64,000 nucleotides of DNA, taken from Macrostomum lignano. Its lineage: Eukaryota. Positions 27,935 through 40,135 of the stretch are shown piece by piece; position 1 is the first letter of the stretch; every line of letters starts with the position of its first letter. The translations under genes and the position numbers were made by a program. Below the pieces are notes generated by a model that ran no database searches, was not told the DNA's origin, and was given only the letters and a program-made list of their open reading frames with translations. The stretch spans positions 124,001 through 188,000 of the forward strand of contig NIVC01002183.1 of assembly GCA_002269645.1 (NCBI GenBank), read 5' to 3'.

Positions 27935-28800
27935 ATGGCAACCAAGCGTCAACCCAACTTCGTGCTTGGAGAAAAGGAAGAGTTGTTGAATTACGTCAAC
28001 AAGTACCTAGATACTATCAATTCCAAGGATCAGATAGTCGAGACGCAAAGGAAAAAGAAAGCTTCCTTTCTTCTTGCATCTCGACTATCTGCAAATAGTC
28101 GAGAGTCGAGATGCAAAGGATGCATCCGATAGTAGAGATGCAAAGGATGCATCCGATAGTCGAGATGCAAAGGAAGAAGAAAGCAGTTTGGGAGACTATC
28201 GCAGCTCGCATCAACGCCATTGGTACCAATAAGCGGACGGGTGAAGAATGCCGCAAGAAGTGATTGTGATTGTGTGAGAGTCCGAAGTCACAGCGAAGAT
28301 GCAGTCGCAACGGCAGGACAAGCAGGCCACAGGAGGCAGCTGATCCAACTGCAGCTGTTCTTACTTCTTTTGAGCAGAATACCGCTGTAATGATAGCATT
28401 GTAAAGTATCATCAGAGTTTCCGGCGGACAAGATCCAATGCAGACAGACTGATTCCTCGGATCGGTGCTCGAGCCCATTTAATGAATTGTCTGGCCCATT
28501 GGCACTGATGATGCCAAATGGCTCAGCTCTGAGCGAACCCCGCACGAGACTAGCCAGGCCTGTGGATCGTGGACGTCTCCGAAGATCGGGACAAAATTGA
28601 GTGCGCCGTGATGAACGACACGGAAGGCATCTGTAAATGTGAAGAACAGAGACAGCAGGTGGAAAGGGAACGCCTGGAGGTAGCGAAAGACCGGCTGGCT
28701 ATCGAGCGTGAGCGACTGGCTATTGGGAAGGCTCGACTGGAAGTTGAGACAAAGAACATGAAAACACTGGATGTCGTTGTCAAAAAACATTCAATGTCAA
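27935..28800 (+). pseudogene. Harbinger-associated Myb/SANT-like protein with coiled-coil tail
   Basis: MATKRQPNFVLGEKEELL...AVWETIAARINAIGTNKRTGEECRKK*, then ERERLEVAKDRLAIERERL. Confidence 0.8.
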
Positions 28801-28888
28801 TTTTTAAGGTTAATTGTTTAATTGTTGAGCTTTTCTTATTTAATGCTTATCACATATTCGTAAATAAACAAACAAATAGATGGAGACC

Positions 28889-31800
28889 TTAATCAGCTAG
28901 CAGCGAGCCTCTTTTGGCCATAGACAATATTCTTAAGCTGTTCTCGTTACTGTCTCTAAAATCGAATAAAGCCAAAGTTAGAGCCCGTCAAGGGTTTACA
29001 ACCGCACTATCTCACTTCCACAAAATAAATTCCACTGCGTTTTGATTTACTCGCTACAAAGTGGTAGCAGAGCGTTTGGTATGGAGGACGAACAGCAGCA
29101 GCCGTTAGCGCCCGAAGCTGGAGCCCTGGCGAAACCAGTACAAGAGGCCTTCGTGCAATGCATCGCTATCAAACCTCCCGCCTTCTACCGGAAGTCGCCT
29201 GAGATCTGGTTCCGGCAACTGGAATCGCAGTTTACTCTGGCTGGAATCACCCGCGCTGCGACCAAGTTCCATCATACGTTAGCGGCCCTGCCTGAGGACG
29301 TTGCCTGCTCGATCGACCTAGGCACAGAGGACTACGCCTCGCTTAAAACATCGGTGCTAGAAGCTTTGCGCACCAACCGACACCAACGAATCGAGGAGGC
29401 CCTCGCCGCGGTGGAGCTCGGGGATCGCCGCCCATCTCAGTTGGTAACCGACATCAAGCGGCGATTCAGCGAAGTAGGCTTACAAGTCGATGACAGCATT
29501 ATCAAGTCTCGACTCCTAACTGCACTGCCCACCTGGCCCACATCCGTTCCGCCTTGGTCGGTCACGAAAAGGCGGAGCTGGACGCGTTTGCGAAGATCGC
29601 CGACAGCATGCTGGCTTGTGTCGCCGGTTGTGCCACCCCGTACGCCTCTGTAAACCGCACCTCGGCCACCGGCCAAGAGCACCCGAGAGGCAACGCTGGT
29701 TCTTTTCGTAGCAGGAAGCCCGACGACTCGCGCTCCAACCGGAACTCACGCCGACGACCCAAGATCTGCAACGGTCATCTCTACTACGCCACCGATGCTC
29801 GCACCTGCCGACCATGGTGCCAGTGGCCAGGCTCGAAACCGCCGAAATTTTTAGAGAGCCATCAGCCCACTAGCCCACTCCGGCTCAGTCCCGGGCGTCT
29901 AGCCCAACGCCAAGCCAGGTGTCAAACTAGTTGGTCACGTGCCTCGGCCGAGCCGCGACCCGTCAAAGGCCACCACGCTGCTGCTTCGGCCAATGTTGTG
30001 TCACACTTGCTATCCCCGGCCTTCGTAGACCATACCCTGTGACGTTCATTGTTACTAGTACTGCGCGTTCGACATCTTTGCGTTCGACTCTCTGTTCTTC
30101 TAGTGATTCAGTCCCTCAAATCAACACCACCACGCTGCTTGAGCCCACCACACCGCTTGCTTGGTTCCCTTGAGTTCTGGAAGCTCCGGACTACACTGCA
30201 GCATCCGCCACGTCGGTTCGACATCGTATTGAGACCACTGGCGAGCCCATTTTTTGTCGACCGCGACCGCTTGCCCCTGCCAAGTTCGCGGTTGCAAAAG
30301 TGGAATTCGACAAGCTCCTGCGACTTGGCATCGTCCGCCCCTCCGCAAGTCCGTGGGGCTCCCCGTTTCACACAGTAAAGACAAAGGACGGCTCCTGGAG
30401 ACCTTTCGGAGACTATCGAGCCTTAAACGCGGAAACCGAGCCAGACCGCTACCCTATCCCTAACATCAACCATTTACATCATCAGCTGCACGGTGCAAAA
30501 GTTTTCAGCACCCTTGACGTCGTCAAGGCCTATCACTTCGTTCCAATGGCAAACGAGGACATCGAGAAGACGGAGATTCACGACGGTACACATTGACCTG
30601 GTCGGACCGTTACCGCCTCCTGAGTCTGAAGATCCCGGGCCGAAGCCTCGCTACCTACTCACCATTATCGATGCCTACTCACGCTGGTTCGAAGCAGCAC
30701 CGCTTTCGAACATTGCCGCCACATCAGTCGCACAAGCCATCCTGGACACCTGGATTTCTCGGTTCGGCCCACCTTTGACGCTGATCAGTGACCAGGGATC
30801 CCAATTCTGAGCGGAGCTCATGAAGAACTTGAAGGATCTACTCGGCATCCACCACATCCGCACTTCAGCCTATAATCCGAGAGCTAACGGTATCATCGAA
30901 AGTGCACACCGGACGCTAAAGGTCGGTTTGAAGGCGCGCGGCAAGAACTGGCTGCAGTAGCTGCCCGTCGTGCTCCTGGGCATGCGCATTTTCCCAGATG
31001 AGTCAGGTGCCTCTCCGTTCTCCGTTGTTATGGGTGAGCAACCGTTGGTCCCACCAGTCGTCACCGACACTTCTGGGCTCAAGGAGCTCTCGACTAGTCT
31101 ACGAGCTACATCAGCTTTTCTTCCCATACCGGCAGCCGAGAACGCGAGAGATCTCGGGAGAGAGCCAAAGCGAGAGAGCCAGCCGCGCTGAGTTCGTGCA
31201 CACACGCCTGGTTGCGGTTGGACCGTGTGCGACGGCCCCTGGAGGCTCCTTACCAAGGCCCGTACGCGGTACTGGACAGGCAAGACACCAAAATGACACT
31301 CAAGATCAACGGCAAGCCTACCGTTAGTGTCGATCGATCGTGTCAAGCCCGCCACCCTACCAACAGCCCAACAAGAGCAGCCAGCAGCTACACCGGCCAA
31401 GCCAAGCGACGCGCCCGCCTCTAACACAAGGTCGCGCAGCGAAAATCGCGTGCTATTCAAGAGCGAGACCTCCGTGCAAATCTTATAGAAGGACAGTCCA
31501 CCTAGCAATACCCGACAGTGTTCATAAACTGATCAACCTATTGCTGTGGCTATAAGCCAAGCCGAACTATAAACAAAATGATTTGCTTCCCAGCGCACCG
31601 TACGCTTTAGTGATTTACGCGTAACAAGAGCAAGCTAGGCTTGCAGAAATAAATAATAAGACAAGAGTCGAAGATCGGCTGGTTAATTTAACATTTTAAG
31701 TTCCAGATTTGCTCATTTGATTTTTCATTAAAAAAACAGAAGACACAACACATATGACCTCTGCATTGCTTACCTACTCGTTCCCCTGCGCTGTTCGAAA

Positions 31801-32044
31801 TTTTGTCTCGGATTATCTAATGCATAGTGATGTACTTCCTCTAGGAGGGGAGTATCTTGTAGCAGTGAGAAGCATTAATCAGCTAGCAGCAAGCCTCTTT
31901 TGGCCATAGACAATATTCTTAAGCTGTTCTCGTTACTGTCTCTAAAATCGAATAAAGCCGAAGTTAGAGCCCGTCAAGGATTTACAACCGTTCTATCTCA
32001 CTTCCACAAAATAAATTCCACTGCGTTTTGATTCACTCGCTACA
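28889..32044 (+). mobile_element. Gypsy LTR retrotransposon, internally deleted, 5' LTR truncated
   Basis: LTRs 28889-29058 and 31858-32044 (TGTAGC...GCTACA, about 6 differences). Gag IKPPAFYRKSPEIWFRQLESQF, RT GDYRALN, integrase VHIDLVGPLP. Purine tract ~31843-31852. Confidence 0.95.
29062..29075 (+). other. Primer-binding site complementary to initiator tRNA-Met
   Basis: TGGTAGCAGAGCGT immediately after the 5' LTR. Confidence 0.75.
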
Positions 32045-32256
32045 ACCTCTACTCGTATACAGAATTTTTTAAATCGGAATGAGAAAGCAGTAAAACGTTT
32101 TTTTAAAACGAATTTAGTTCAATTGAACCAAAGTAACAGCGATACAGCACCATAATTCGCATACCTGGAAGTGACACTGGGTCCACTGTTGTATTGTTGT
32201 CTATGGTATACCCAAGAAATATATCGTATTGATATAAATACATCGCAACAGCCACA

Positions 32257-33100
32257 TTGTACAGGTTTTCAAGGCTGAGGGGACAACGTTGTCCGACGGA
32301 AAAATCTAATTCATTGAGCGTGCTACCCGAATGGAATCCAGAAGACATACGTCTCCCTAGCTCTAAGGTATTCGACGACAAGGTGGCTTTTCGATACTGC
32401 AAATTTGTTCGATGTATTTTGAAGTTCTGGAAGACAGTAAACTGCAGCAATCCCCACTTGCATGTAAAGCTAAATGATCCTAATCGAAAGCAGTATCGTC
32501 TGTCTCTGATGAACGTCTCTTTTTCTTGCGTGCTTTTGCAGAGGCCGTTTCTGAGCGTGGCGGTGGTAGAGGTCGTCACCAGCGCTTTACTGCTGAGACA
32601 AAGACTGCACTATGTAATAGCCTTTCTGAATTGTTGAAATGTGCTGCAAGCTCTTGGAGGCTTGGAGTAGTACATACTCTTGGAGTACATACTCCTGTAC
32701 ATAATCTTGGAGTATGTACTGCTCTCTACATTCCGCGCAGATCCTTTGGAAGGCGAATTCGGTGTGGACCGTCAAATGAGTGGCGGAAATTACTTTATTT
32801 CAGTTGAGCAGGTGCTGCTAAGTGCCCGGCTCAGGCGCATGAAGTTCTTTACCAACCTGGAACTGACTATCCGCTATCGATGCCCGTATATGCTCGGTCA
32901 ATCACCGAGCATGACAATTCTAACAAAACTGCTCGAACAGTGCCCAAAGTTATGTTGAAAATCCATTTAGTGCTAAGCCAGTCGTTCTGCGACTATTGTC
33001 AGTGTTCTTCTTAGAGCAAAATTCTTGCAACTGCACCTGCGAAGGTCAACCAGAACGGAAGTCGGATCGTAGCACTGTCTGTGAAAATCATCCCACAAAC
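32257..33100 (+). pseudogene. P-element/THAP9-like transposase fragment
   Basis: FVRCILKFWKTVNCSNP and DPLEGEFGVDRQMSGGNYFIS. Confidence 0.75.
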
Positions 33101-33202
33101 AGAAAGCGTTTCTTTTTATTGTCTAACCACCAGGGGCCAATTTTACGAAGCACTGGTTAATAACCAGTGGTAAAAAATCACTGGTAGCCTATCAGTTACC
33201 AG

Positions 33203-33986
33203 GGGGTTGTTTCATATACGACTTGTAGTGGCTACTAGTGCGACTAGTGACATGTTACACGTGAATTTCGTTTCATAAACTTTAACAAAGCTACAAGTTC
33301 CTACAAACTACAGGATAGTTACAAGTTCGTGCTACAAGCGTTTTGTTTCATATAGTGTCTATGGCTACGAGCCCCACCACGTGTAGTGGCTGACAAGTTG
33401 AAGAGTCGTCTTCTTTTTCTCAAGCTTGTAAATTTGTTTTCAAAGCACACATTCATCTAACCTCACTCACTAAACGCGAGTTCCTTTGAATCTTTTTGAC
33501 TTCGATTATTAGTACGCTTAGATAAGTAGTATGTTATTTGACTCGTCTGACGAGGAGAGTGACGGTTCCGTCGAACTCAAGCGCCGGCGCACATTCAAAG
33601 ATCGTGTGAATTTCATCTGGGACGTCAACTACAGCGACCAAATAATGTTCTTTTGACTTCGCCTATCTTCTCTAACAGAAGCGTTTTCTCACTTGCAGAG
33701 AGAGGCATCTTCGGCGAATAAGCGAATGTAAAAAGCCAGCGTGGAAGAAAGACGTAAATGTATTGACTATTTTTTGCTTCCAGAAGCTTTCTCTGCCTCC
33801 TCAGGGACGTAGACACTTGTACCATAGACGATAAAGTGAATAGCTACAAGCTTTGTTATACTTGTACATTTTTTGGCTAAAATCTACAAGCAGACTTTTG
33901 AAACACTTTTGCTTGTAACTTGTACCCTGTAGCTATTCAGCTTGTAGTTTGTAGCTTGTAACTTGTACATTATATGAAACGCACCC
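33203..33986. mobile_element. Nested mini-Harbinger retaining only the 5' ends of both genes
   Basis: Termini GGGGTTGTTTCATATA / rc GGGTGCGTTTCATATA, CAG and CTG flanks, CTACAAG subterminal repeats. MLFDSSDEE...RRRTFKDRVNF (+, 33531) and MPLSASEKTLLLEKI (-, 33708). Confidence 0.7.
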
Positions 33987-34259
33987 CTGTGCTGATAATT
34001 TCGATTTTACGAAGCACTGATAAAAGATGTTGCTTGGTCGATAAGTAGCCAACCAGTGCGTAAAATTTTGTGAATGGATTGAAGCTCGCTTGCTACCAAA
34101 TTTCGAAGTTGGCCCATAGACAAATAAAACAAAAGTCGCGACAAGTAGAAGGGGACAAGAAATCGTCTCTTAAAAGTCGCTTTGTATTTCTCCATTTCTG
34201 AGTGGAAAGAGCTCACTAGCTTTCTTGGTTCGCCACTGTGACTCAATAGAGCTTGGGCC

Positions 34260-34560
34260 ATGCTGTCCAGGGATCAGAAGCGTTTGTTTTTGCGCGAAAT
34301 TTTAGAGCGCAAAGAAATCCTGTTTAGAAGCTTTACCAACACCAGTGATGGAAACCAACGGAAGAAGGAAGCATGGTCGGAAATAATTGAGGTGTTGCGC
34401 GCAAACGGATACACGGATGCGGCCACCGTGCAGCATACCCGTGACGTGACGTGGAAGAACCTGCGGAGTACGACTCTAAAGAAAGTCGACAACAGTAAAC
34501 AGACTGGCGCTGCTGGAGGCAAGGCAGCTGACTTATCTGATGTAGACGAGATCGTCCTAC
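34260..34560 (+). pseudogene. Harbinger Myb/SANT-like gene, 3'-truncated
   Basis: MLSRDQKRLFLREILERKEILF...RKKEAWSEI...TWKNLRSTTLKK...TGAAGG. Confidence 0.85.
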
Positions 34561-35579
34561 GAGATCGGCAGAGAATCACCAACGACGCAAAGACTCCACA
34601 CAATCGCAACGTTCTCAATTTCAGCGAAATACTGCAGAACTGCACCGTCATCAATGGCACCCTCGTGTACGATGCACAAATTATGCAGCACTGAACAAGC
34701 TTTCACGATTTCACTGGCGTACGCGGGTCCCTTGGCTCTTAACATGCGCAGACATGGAAATCAGACTTTTAACAAGCCAATGGCCCTTTCAACGATGCTG
34801 CGTGTGCGGCGATGAGCCGAGTTAAACCGATTCTCTGCCTGAGTCAGGTTGTTTCGTAGAACGGGGGGAATCAACTACTGAAGGCAGGGATATAGTGAGT
34901 CACCAAGCAGGACACACCCAGGAAAAAAGCGGAAGCCGTGTCGCTCCAAACTAGTAAACAGATTGGAGTTTCGTAGCACACGTGCATCGTTCACGCTACC
35001 TGGCTACGAGGAGTTCACATAGAAAAGTTGGTGCTTCGGTCCGCAGACAACCATGACATTCAGTGAATGTCCGCCCTTTCTGTCCACGAACTGAGCCTCG
35101 TTCTCATGTGGGGTGCGAATATTAATCAATGTTCCATCTACTGCGCCACATATGCTAGGCATTTCACCAAGCTGAAAAAATTCCACTGCTAGATTCTCCA
35201 CACCTTGCTAAGGGGCCAGCACACGACATCTTGAAATAGTGTATCATTAATGGCCCGAGTGACACGCTTTACAACTTGACACACTGTTGCCTCAGACGGT
35301 CCATGTGCTTCCTTGATCAAATGGTAATACGAGTTTGTAGCGTAGAAACGTAGCGCCGTCAGTATTTGCTGATTAGGTGTCAATGCGCAGCTACAACGAG
35401 TTTGTCGCTGGAGCACAGGTCCGCTCTGGCGTTCCAACTCTTCAAACGTATTTCTGTTCAATCTGAAGCGTTGAACAAAGTCCCTGTCGTCCTCAAAGAA
35501 TTCTCTCTGGATGTATCTGTGCGTTCTGTGCTCGTTGAACGGGCTCTTCGTTGATATTCCACAGTTGAAGAAGGTCCAT
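34557..35579 (-). pseudogene. Harbinger (HARBI1-like) DDE transposase with stops
   Basis: ILTALRFYAT, GAVDGTLINIRTP, RKGGHSLNVMVVC, LLGDSLY, VKACSVLHNLC. Confidence 0.9.
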
Positions 35580-35642
35580 GATTTTGATATTTATCCTGCT
35601 TCGAGGGTGGATTAAAATTTGCTTGATTTTATGAATCAGATT

Positions 35643-35733
35643 AAACATGCCTTTTGAGGGAGTTATTTATATAAATCACGAGGGCCGAAGGCCCGAGGGA
35701 TTTATGAAAATAACTCCCGAAGAAGGCATGTTT
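35643..35733. other. 26-bp inverted repeat around a CGAGGGCCGAAGGCCCGAGGG loop, upstream of the intact recombinase
   Basis: Arms 35643-35668 and 35708-35733 with 3 mismatches; same loop core as 13713-13797. Confidence 0.85.
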
Positions 35734-36050
35734 TATCTCATATAAACCATAGATAAACTCCGGGATAATATTAGATAATACCCCGGAGTTATAATATAAT
35801 CCTGCAAATACAAAAAAGAAGTGTCTATGGCCAAAATGCCTACTAACTGAGAGGTGGGGTCGAGGGGGCGATGAGCCCCCGCGGGGGTGTGGGGGCAGAG
35901 CCCCCACGTAAACAAACACTTATAATTAATTGTCTATGGTCTAAAGTGATGTATGTTCTTAAAAGCTACACGTCGGGAGATCAGGTCTGACTTTCATTTA
36001 AGTTTCGACAGTTCATTCATTTATTACAGAGTCTATCGAAAGGCTTTTCG

Positions 36051-37442
36051 ATGCGTCGAATTCCTAATCCACTCGTCGACTATTCAAAAGATTTTATTGG
36101 CAACTTCGATCCAAACGTCCTACCGCTCGATTTCGTAAAGTCACGCGCTGGTGGAGATTTTCAAGATCATCAGTGGCTGGCGACTGAGATGAAAAGATAT
36201 GAAGAAGAAGTGGAGTTGGAAGATTTATACGAGATAGAGACGTTTGAGACACCACTGTTGGATGGTGGCGGTCGTTTTGCTATAGTCGACAGTGTTGCCG
36301 CGCTGAACGAGTCTGTCCGTCCAAAGGGCACAATCAATCGGAACAACTGGGCCCTGCGAATTTTCCAGGCATGGGTGAGCTCTCGTGTCAGTGAGATCGG
36401 CATGAAGCCCATCACCGAGTTCAGCTGTGAGGAAATCAATACGATTCTCGGTCGCTTCATCCACGAGGTGCGAAAGGTCAACGGCGAGCGTTATCCTAGA
36501 GGGTCATTAGTATCGATAGCCGCTGGACTCAATTCGGCCATTCGAGAGGTCCAGCCGACAGTAGATCTGTTCAAGTCAATGGAACTACGGCCATTCAGGG
36601 ACTCGTTGGACGCTGCCATGAAACTGTCAACCGCCGCTGGTACTTCACTCAACAGTAAGCCAGCTGGGATTTTAAGTGTTTCTGACGAAGAAAAAATATG
36701 GCAGTCTGGAGTCCTCGGCTTGGATAATCCTGATCAGCTGACCAAGACGCTCTTTTTTCTCAATGGACTCCACTTTGCTCTACGTGGAGGTGAAGAGCAT
36801 TCGAATCTGATGCTTTCCCAGATAACAATTGAAATACGCGACAACGAAGAGTGTCTTATTTACCGAGAAGCCTCATCAAAGACCTACCATGGCGGCTTGA
36901 ATGACAAACGTCGCAAACAAGTGGAGCGGTTGTACGTCCCTTCTCACGCTAGATCCGTCTGTCATCTACAAGCGTTCAAGACTTATCTAAAGGTGCGTCC
37001 CCCAGACGCTACACGATTCTACCTCCAATCGGCCAAAAAGTGGGATAGCGGTGCGGCGTGGTATTGTAACAGACCGATTGGCAAAAACTACATGTGCAAA
37101 ATGATGGCTACGATCACCGAGGATGCTGGCGTGCCCAAGCTGACAAACCACAGCCTGAGGGCAACATGTGCGACGCGTCTCTTTCAAGCTGGTGTGGACG
37201 AGCAGCTTATAATGGAGCGTACTGGCCATCGCAGTGTCGACGGCGTACGTGCGTACAAGCGAACATCTACGAACCTAATCAAGTCGTCTAGTCTGGTGGT
37301 CGATGGCAGGCCGATTCAAGAAGCCACGACCTCATCTGGTGCATCTGGAAGTGGTGGCCACAGCTTCGTATTCAACAACTGTTCCGTTGTTCAAAACATT
37401 TGTACGATGGGTACCTGTAGTCGACCTGATGGATTGCTATAA
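36051..37442 (+). CDS. Intact Crypton tyrosine recombinase (DUF3504-like, 463 aa)
   Basis: Uninterrupted ORF with R (LRGGEEH), HxxR (HSLR), H (TGHRS) and Y (VRAYKR). Confidence 0.92.
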   Translation: MRRIPNPLVDYSKDFIGNFDPNVLPLDFVKSRAGGDFQDHQWLATEMKRYEEEVELEDLYEIETFETPLLDGGGRFAIVDSVAALNESVRPKGTINRNNWALRIFQAWVSSRVSEIGMKPITEFSCEEINTILGRFIHEVRKVNGERYPRGSLVSIAAGLNSAIREVQPTVDLFKSMELRPFRDSLDAAMKLSTAAGTSLNSKPAGILSVSDEEKIWQSGVLGLDNPDQLTKTLFFLNGLHFALRGGEEHSNLMLSQITIEIRDNEECLIYREASSKTYHGGLNDKRRKQVERLYVPSHARSVCHLQAFKTYLKVRPPDATRFYLQSAKKWDSGAAWYCNRPIGKNYMCKMMATITEDAGVPKLTNHSLRATCATRLFQAGVDEQLIMERTGHRSVDGVRAYKRTSTNLIKSSSLVVDGRPIQEATTSSGASGSGGHSFVFNNCSVVQNICTMGTCSRPDGLL

Positions 37443-38060
37443 ATCGTTAGCTATACGTAACAAACTGAAATAATATGCGAACATACTGGTGAAAACTGTT
37501 TTGACCATTGCAATGATCTGTTAAATTCAATTTTTTATCATATTGCATGTTTAGTGTCTATGGTCAGAATCAACTGACTGAAGAAATATACCGACAAATA
37601 AAATCCCGGAAAAACTAAGATTATCAAGTCATGTAACATCCCGCGACTTGAAAAAATGTACCGGAAAGTTGCGTTATCTATGGTTTATCTACGATTTCTT
37701 ACCAGTGGTAGACTGATAAGAGCTTGGTAAAATTGGATTCAGCACCTCTGCCACACAAAATTGTCTATGGTTATCGATGGTTGATGAGTGGTAAAAAATC
37801 ATTGTCGTTTGACCACAGCATGCAGGAATGATTTTTTCGATTTATTATCGTGCAGGAATGTCTGTGTCTATGGTAGAAATCACTTGACATACGTTAGCTT
37901 ATCGTGCAGGAATGACTTCATTCCTGCACGATTTAACAATTTATTTTTAGAAGCAACTGAATATGTAATCAATAACAATATGGAAGAACAAAAAGGATAA
38001 TAAGTGGAACTAGGGAAACAGTTAATGAGTCTATAGACCTACTCACACCCCTCTCGGCAT

Positions 38061-39556
38061 TTACTCGAAAATAAACTGCACAACATTCGTTTCGCCGTTT
38101 GCCAAAATCTTCATCCGCTTAGTGGGGGCTGCTACAAGTGTGGTGGTCGATTCTTCAACAACCAGTGACTTCTTGACAGTTGACATTGACGCTGATCCGC
38201 ACGGGTCGGTAGTCGCAACAGCCCTTGTAGGAGCGTCGCTCAGGGCGCACGGGTCGGTAGTTGTAACAGCCCTTGCAGGAGCTTCGCTCAATGTAGAACT
38301 TGGTGCCGGCATAGTTCCAGCTAGAGCGACTGTCAGCTGATCACTCATCCCTGCCATGATCGAGTCCCTCTTCTTGCCTCTCCGGATGTATCGTTCTACC
38401 GACGCGCTATTCTGTGAATAGAGGTGGTGTTTAATAAATTCCTTGTCCATGTGTCAATAAACTTACTAAGAATAAAGAATTGCTCACCTTGTGACCTGTC
38501 ACCTTCGCAATTTTTTTCGACAGAAAAGCCAGCTTCATGCAGCTCCGTAACAACTGTAGGTCGCACACAATGCGGAGTGTACAGCTTGGACAGGTTAGCA
38601 TTCGAAGAGATCTTCTTGAGCAACGGCCCCAAAGTGTTGATTCCAACTGGTACTTTGGTGTACCAGATGCCATCCGCATTCACTCGTGGTTTCGGACGCA
38701 GAAAGAAGTCCTCCTGATTCCAACCCGGCACGGCAGTAATTTTCGACAAATAAAGCTTTGAGGTGCTGCCTTGCAACTCGATCGCCATAGCTCCGTTTGA
38801 TAGGGCCTTCTCTCGGAATGAACGAACAGTGAGACCTCGTAGCCATTCTCTGCCGCGATTGCCAAAATAAAATAACACATTGAAATATACCTCTTCTTGC
38901 AAACGTGTTGGAGTGCTTCTGTCGAAGTAAGAAGCAAGCTTGACAAGGTCGTCCGACTCAATGGCTTCGTAATGCTGCACTCGACCACCGGACTTCAAAT
39001 ACGCATTGCAAACATTCTTCACCATCAAATTCGCGCTATGAAAAGCCTCGTGAGCGATGATATTGAGGCCACGTAATTTCATAAAGTACCTGAACAGTGC
39101 GGCTCGAATTCCTACGATTGTATTCGGCGAATAGAAGCTGCCGTCTGACTTACGCAGAGTCGCATAGAAGTAGCGGACCCATTTGGCAATTTCTTCCACC
39201 GAAGCAGTCGCGTAATCCACTTTTAAATTATTCTCCGCCAACCAGGCCGTCAAGCGGTTGATCACAGCTTTCTCCTTAGAGACAGTCGAATGACATTCGT
39301 TGTCGCTTTCCAGTTGAGCGGCCAGACTTTCCAATTCGTCAAGGTTACACAAGGTTTCCGGATCCGAGCTGAAAAGTTTCTCTAATTCCTCGCTGAACGT
39401 GCAATCCGCTATCAGTGCAGTCAAATCGTCGCCCGTCCTCTCAAAGTTGCTGGACACACTTTCAATAAACATTTCGTCGCCACTTAATCCAGACACCGTA
39501 GCGTAGCGAAAATCAATTAATGGAGGATTCAGAGCCGAGTCGATTACAGACGCCAT
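38061..39556 (-). pseudogene. Crypton recombinase (second subfamily) with a 76-bp intron, a 1-nt frameshift and a probable core deletion
   Basis: FGNRGRE, YTPHCVRPT, VTGHK|NSASVERY across GT-AG intron 38412-38487. An extra A in the A7 run at 38511-38517 shifts the frame. Ends KRMKILANGETNVVQFIFE. Confidence 0.85.
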
Positions 39557-40135
39557 AGTCAATAAGCTTTATACACTTTTCTATAAACTCTCCACTCAAT
39601 TTTCATCTCTTCTTAACGTTTCTCGAAAACCGTGCAGGAATGACTTTGTCTATGGTCAAAAGACAATGATTTTCTTCGTGCTTTTGCCATTGACGCACTC
39701 GTTTTCGTGCAGGAATATTACATTGTCGGCTGATTTTCCATGCAGGAATGGCATTCTTGCACTCTTTTGCGTGCAGGAATGGATGTCTATGGTAAAATCT
39801 CACTGAAAAAGCATTAGGCGCAGAAATGCATTCCTGCACGGTTTTGTGCATTCCTGCACGATGAATCATCCGACAATGGAATTCCTTCACGTTCACTCGT
39901 GCGTGAAGGACATCGTGCACTCGTGCATATGTCATTCCCGCACTCGTGACCGTGCAGGAATATATCAGTGCTTTGTAAAATGGAGATTGGTAAGTGCTTC
40001 GTAAAATTGGCCCCAGAAGCAACCGTGGTGAGGCATCAAAAGACGTCTATGGCCCAACCTATCTCAAGAATTCGTTTAGCAGATTTAGCAAGTGCAGCGT
40101 GGTAGAAGCTTGTCTATGCAGCGAGCGAAATCACC

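Larger units (their letters stand above)
33134..40013. mobile_element. Harbinger-ended composite (6.9 kb) containing Myb, transposase and two tyrosine recombinases
   Basis: Perfect TIR GGGCCAATTTTACGAAGCAC (33134-33153 and 39994-40013) with CAG on both flanks. Confidence 0.8.
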
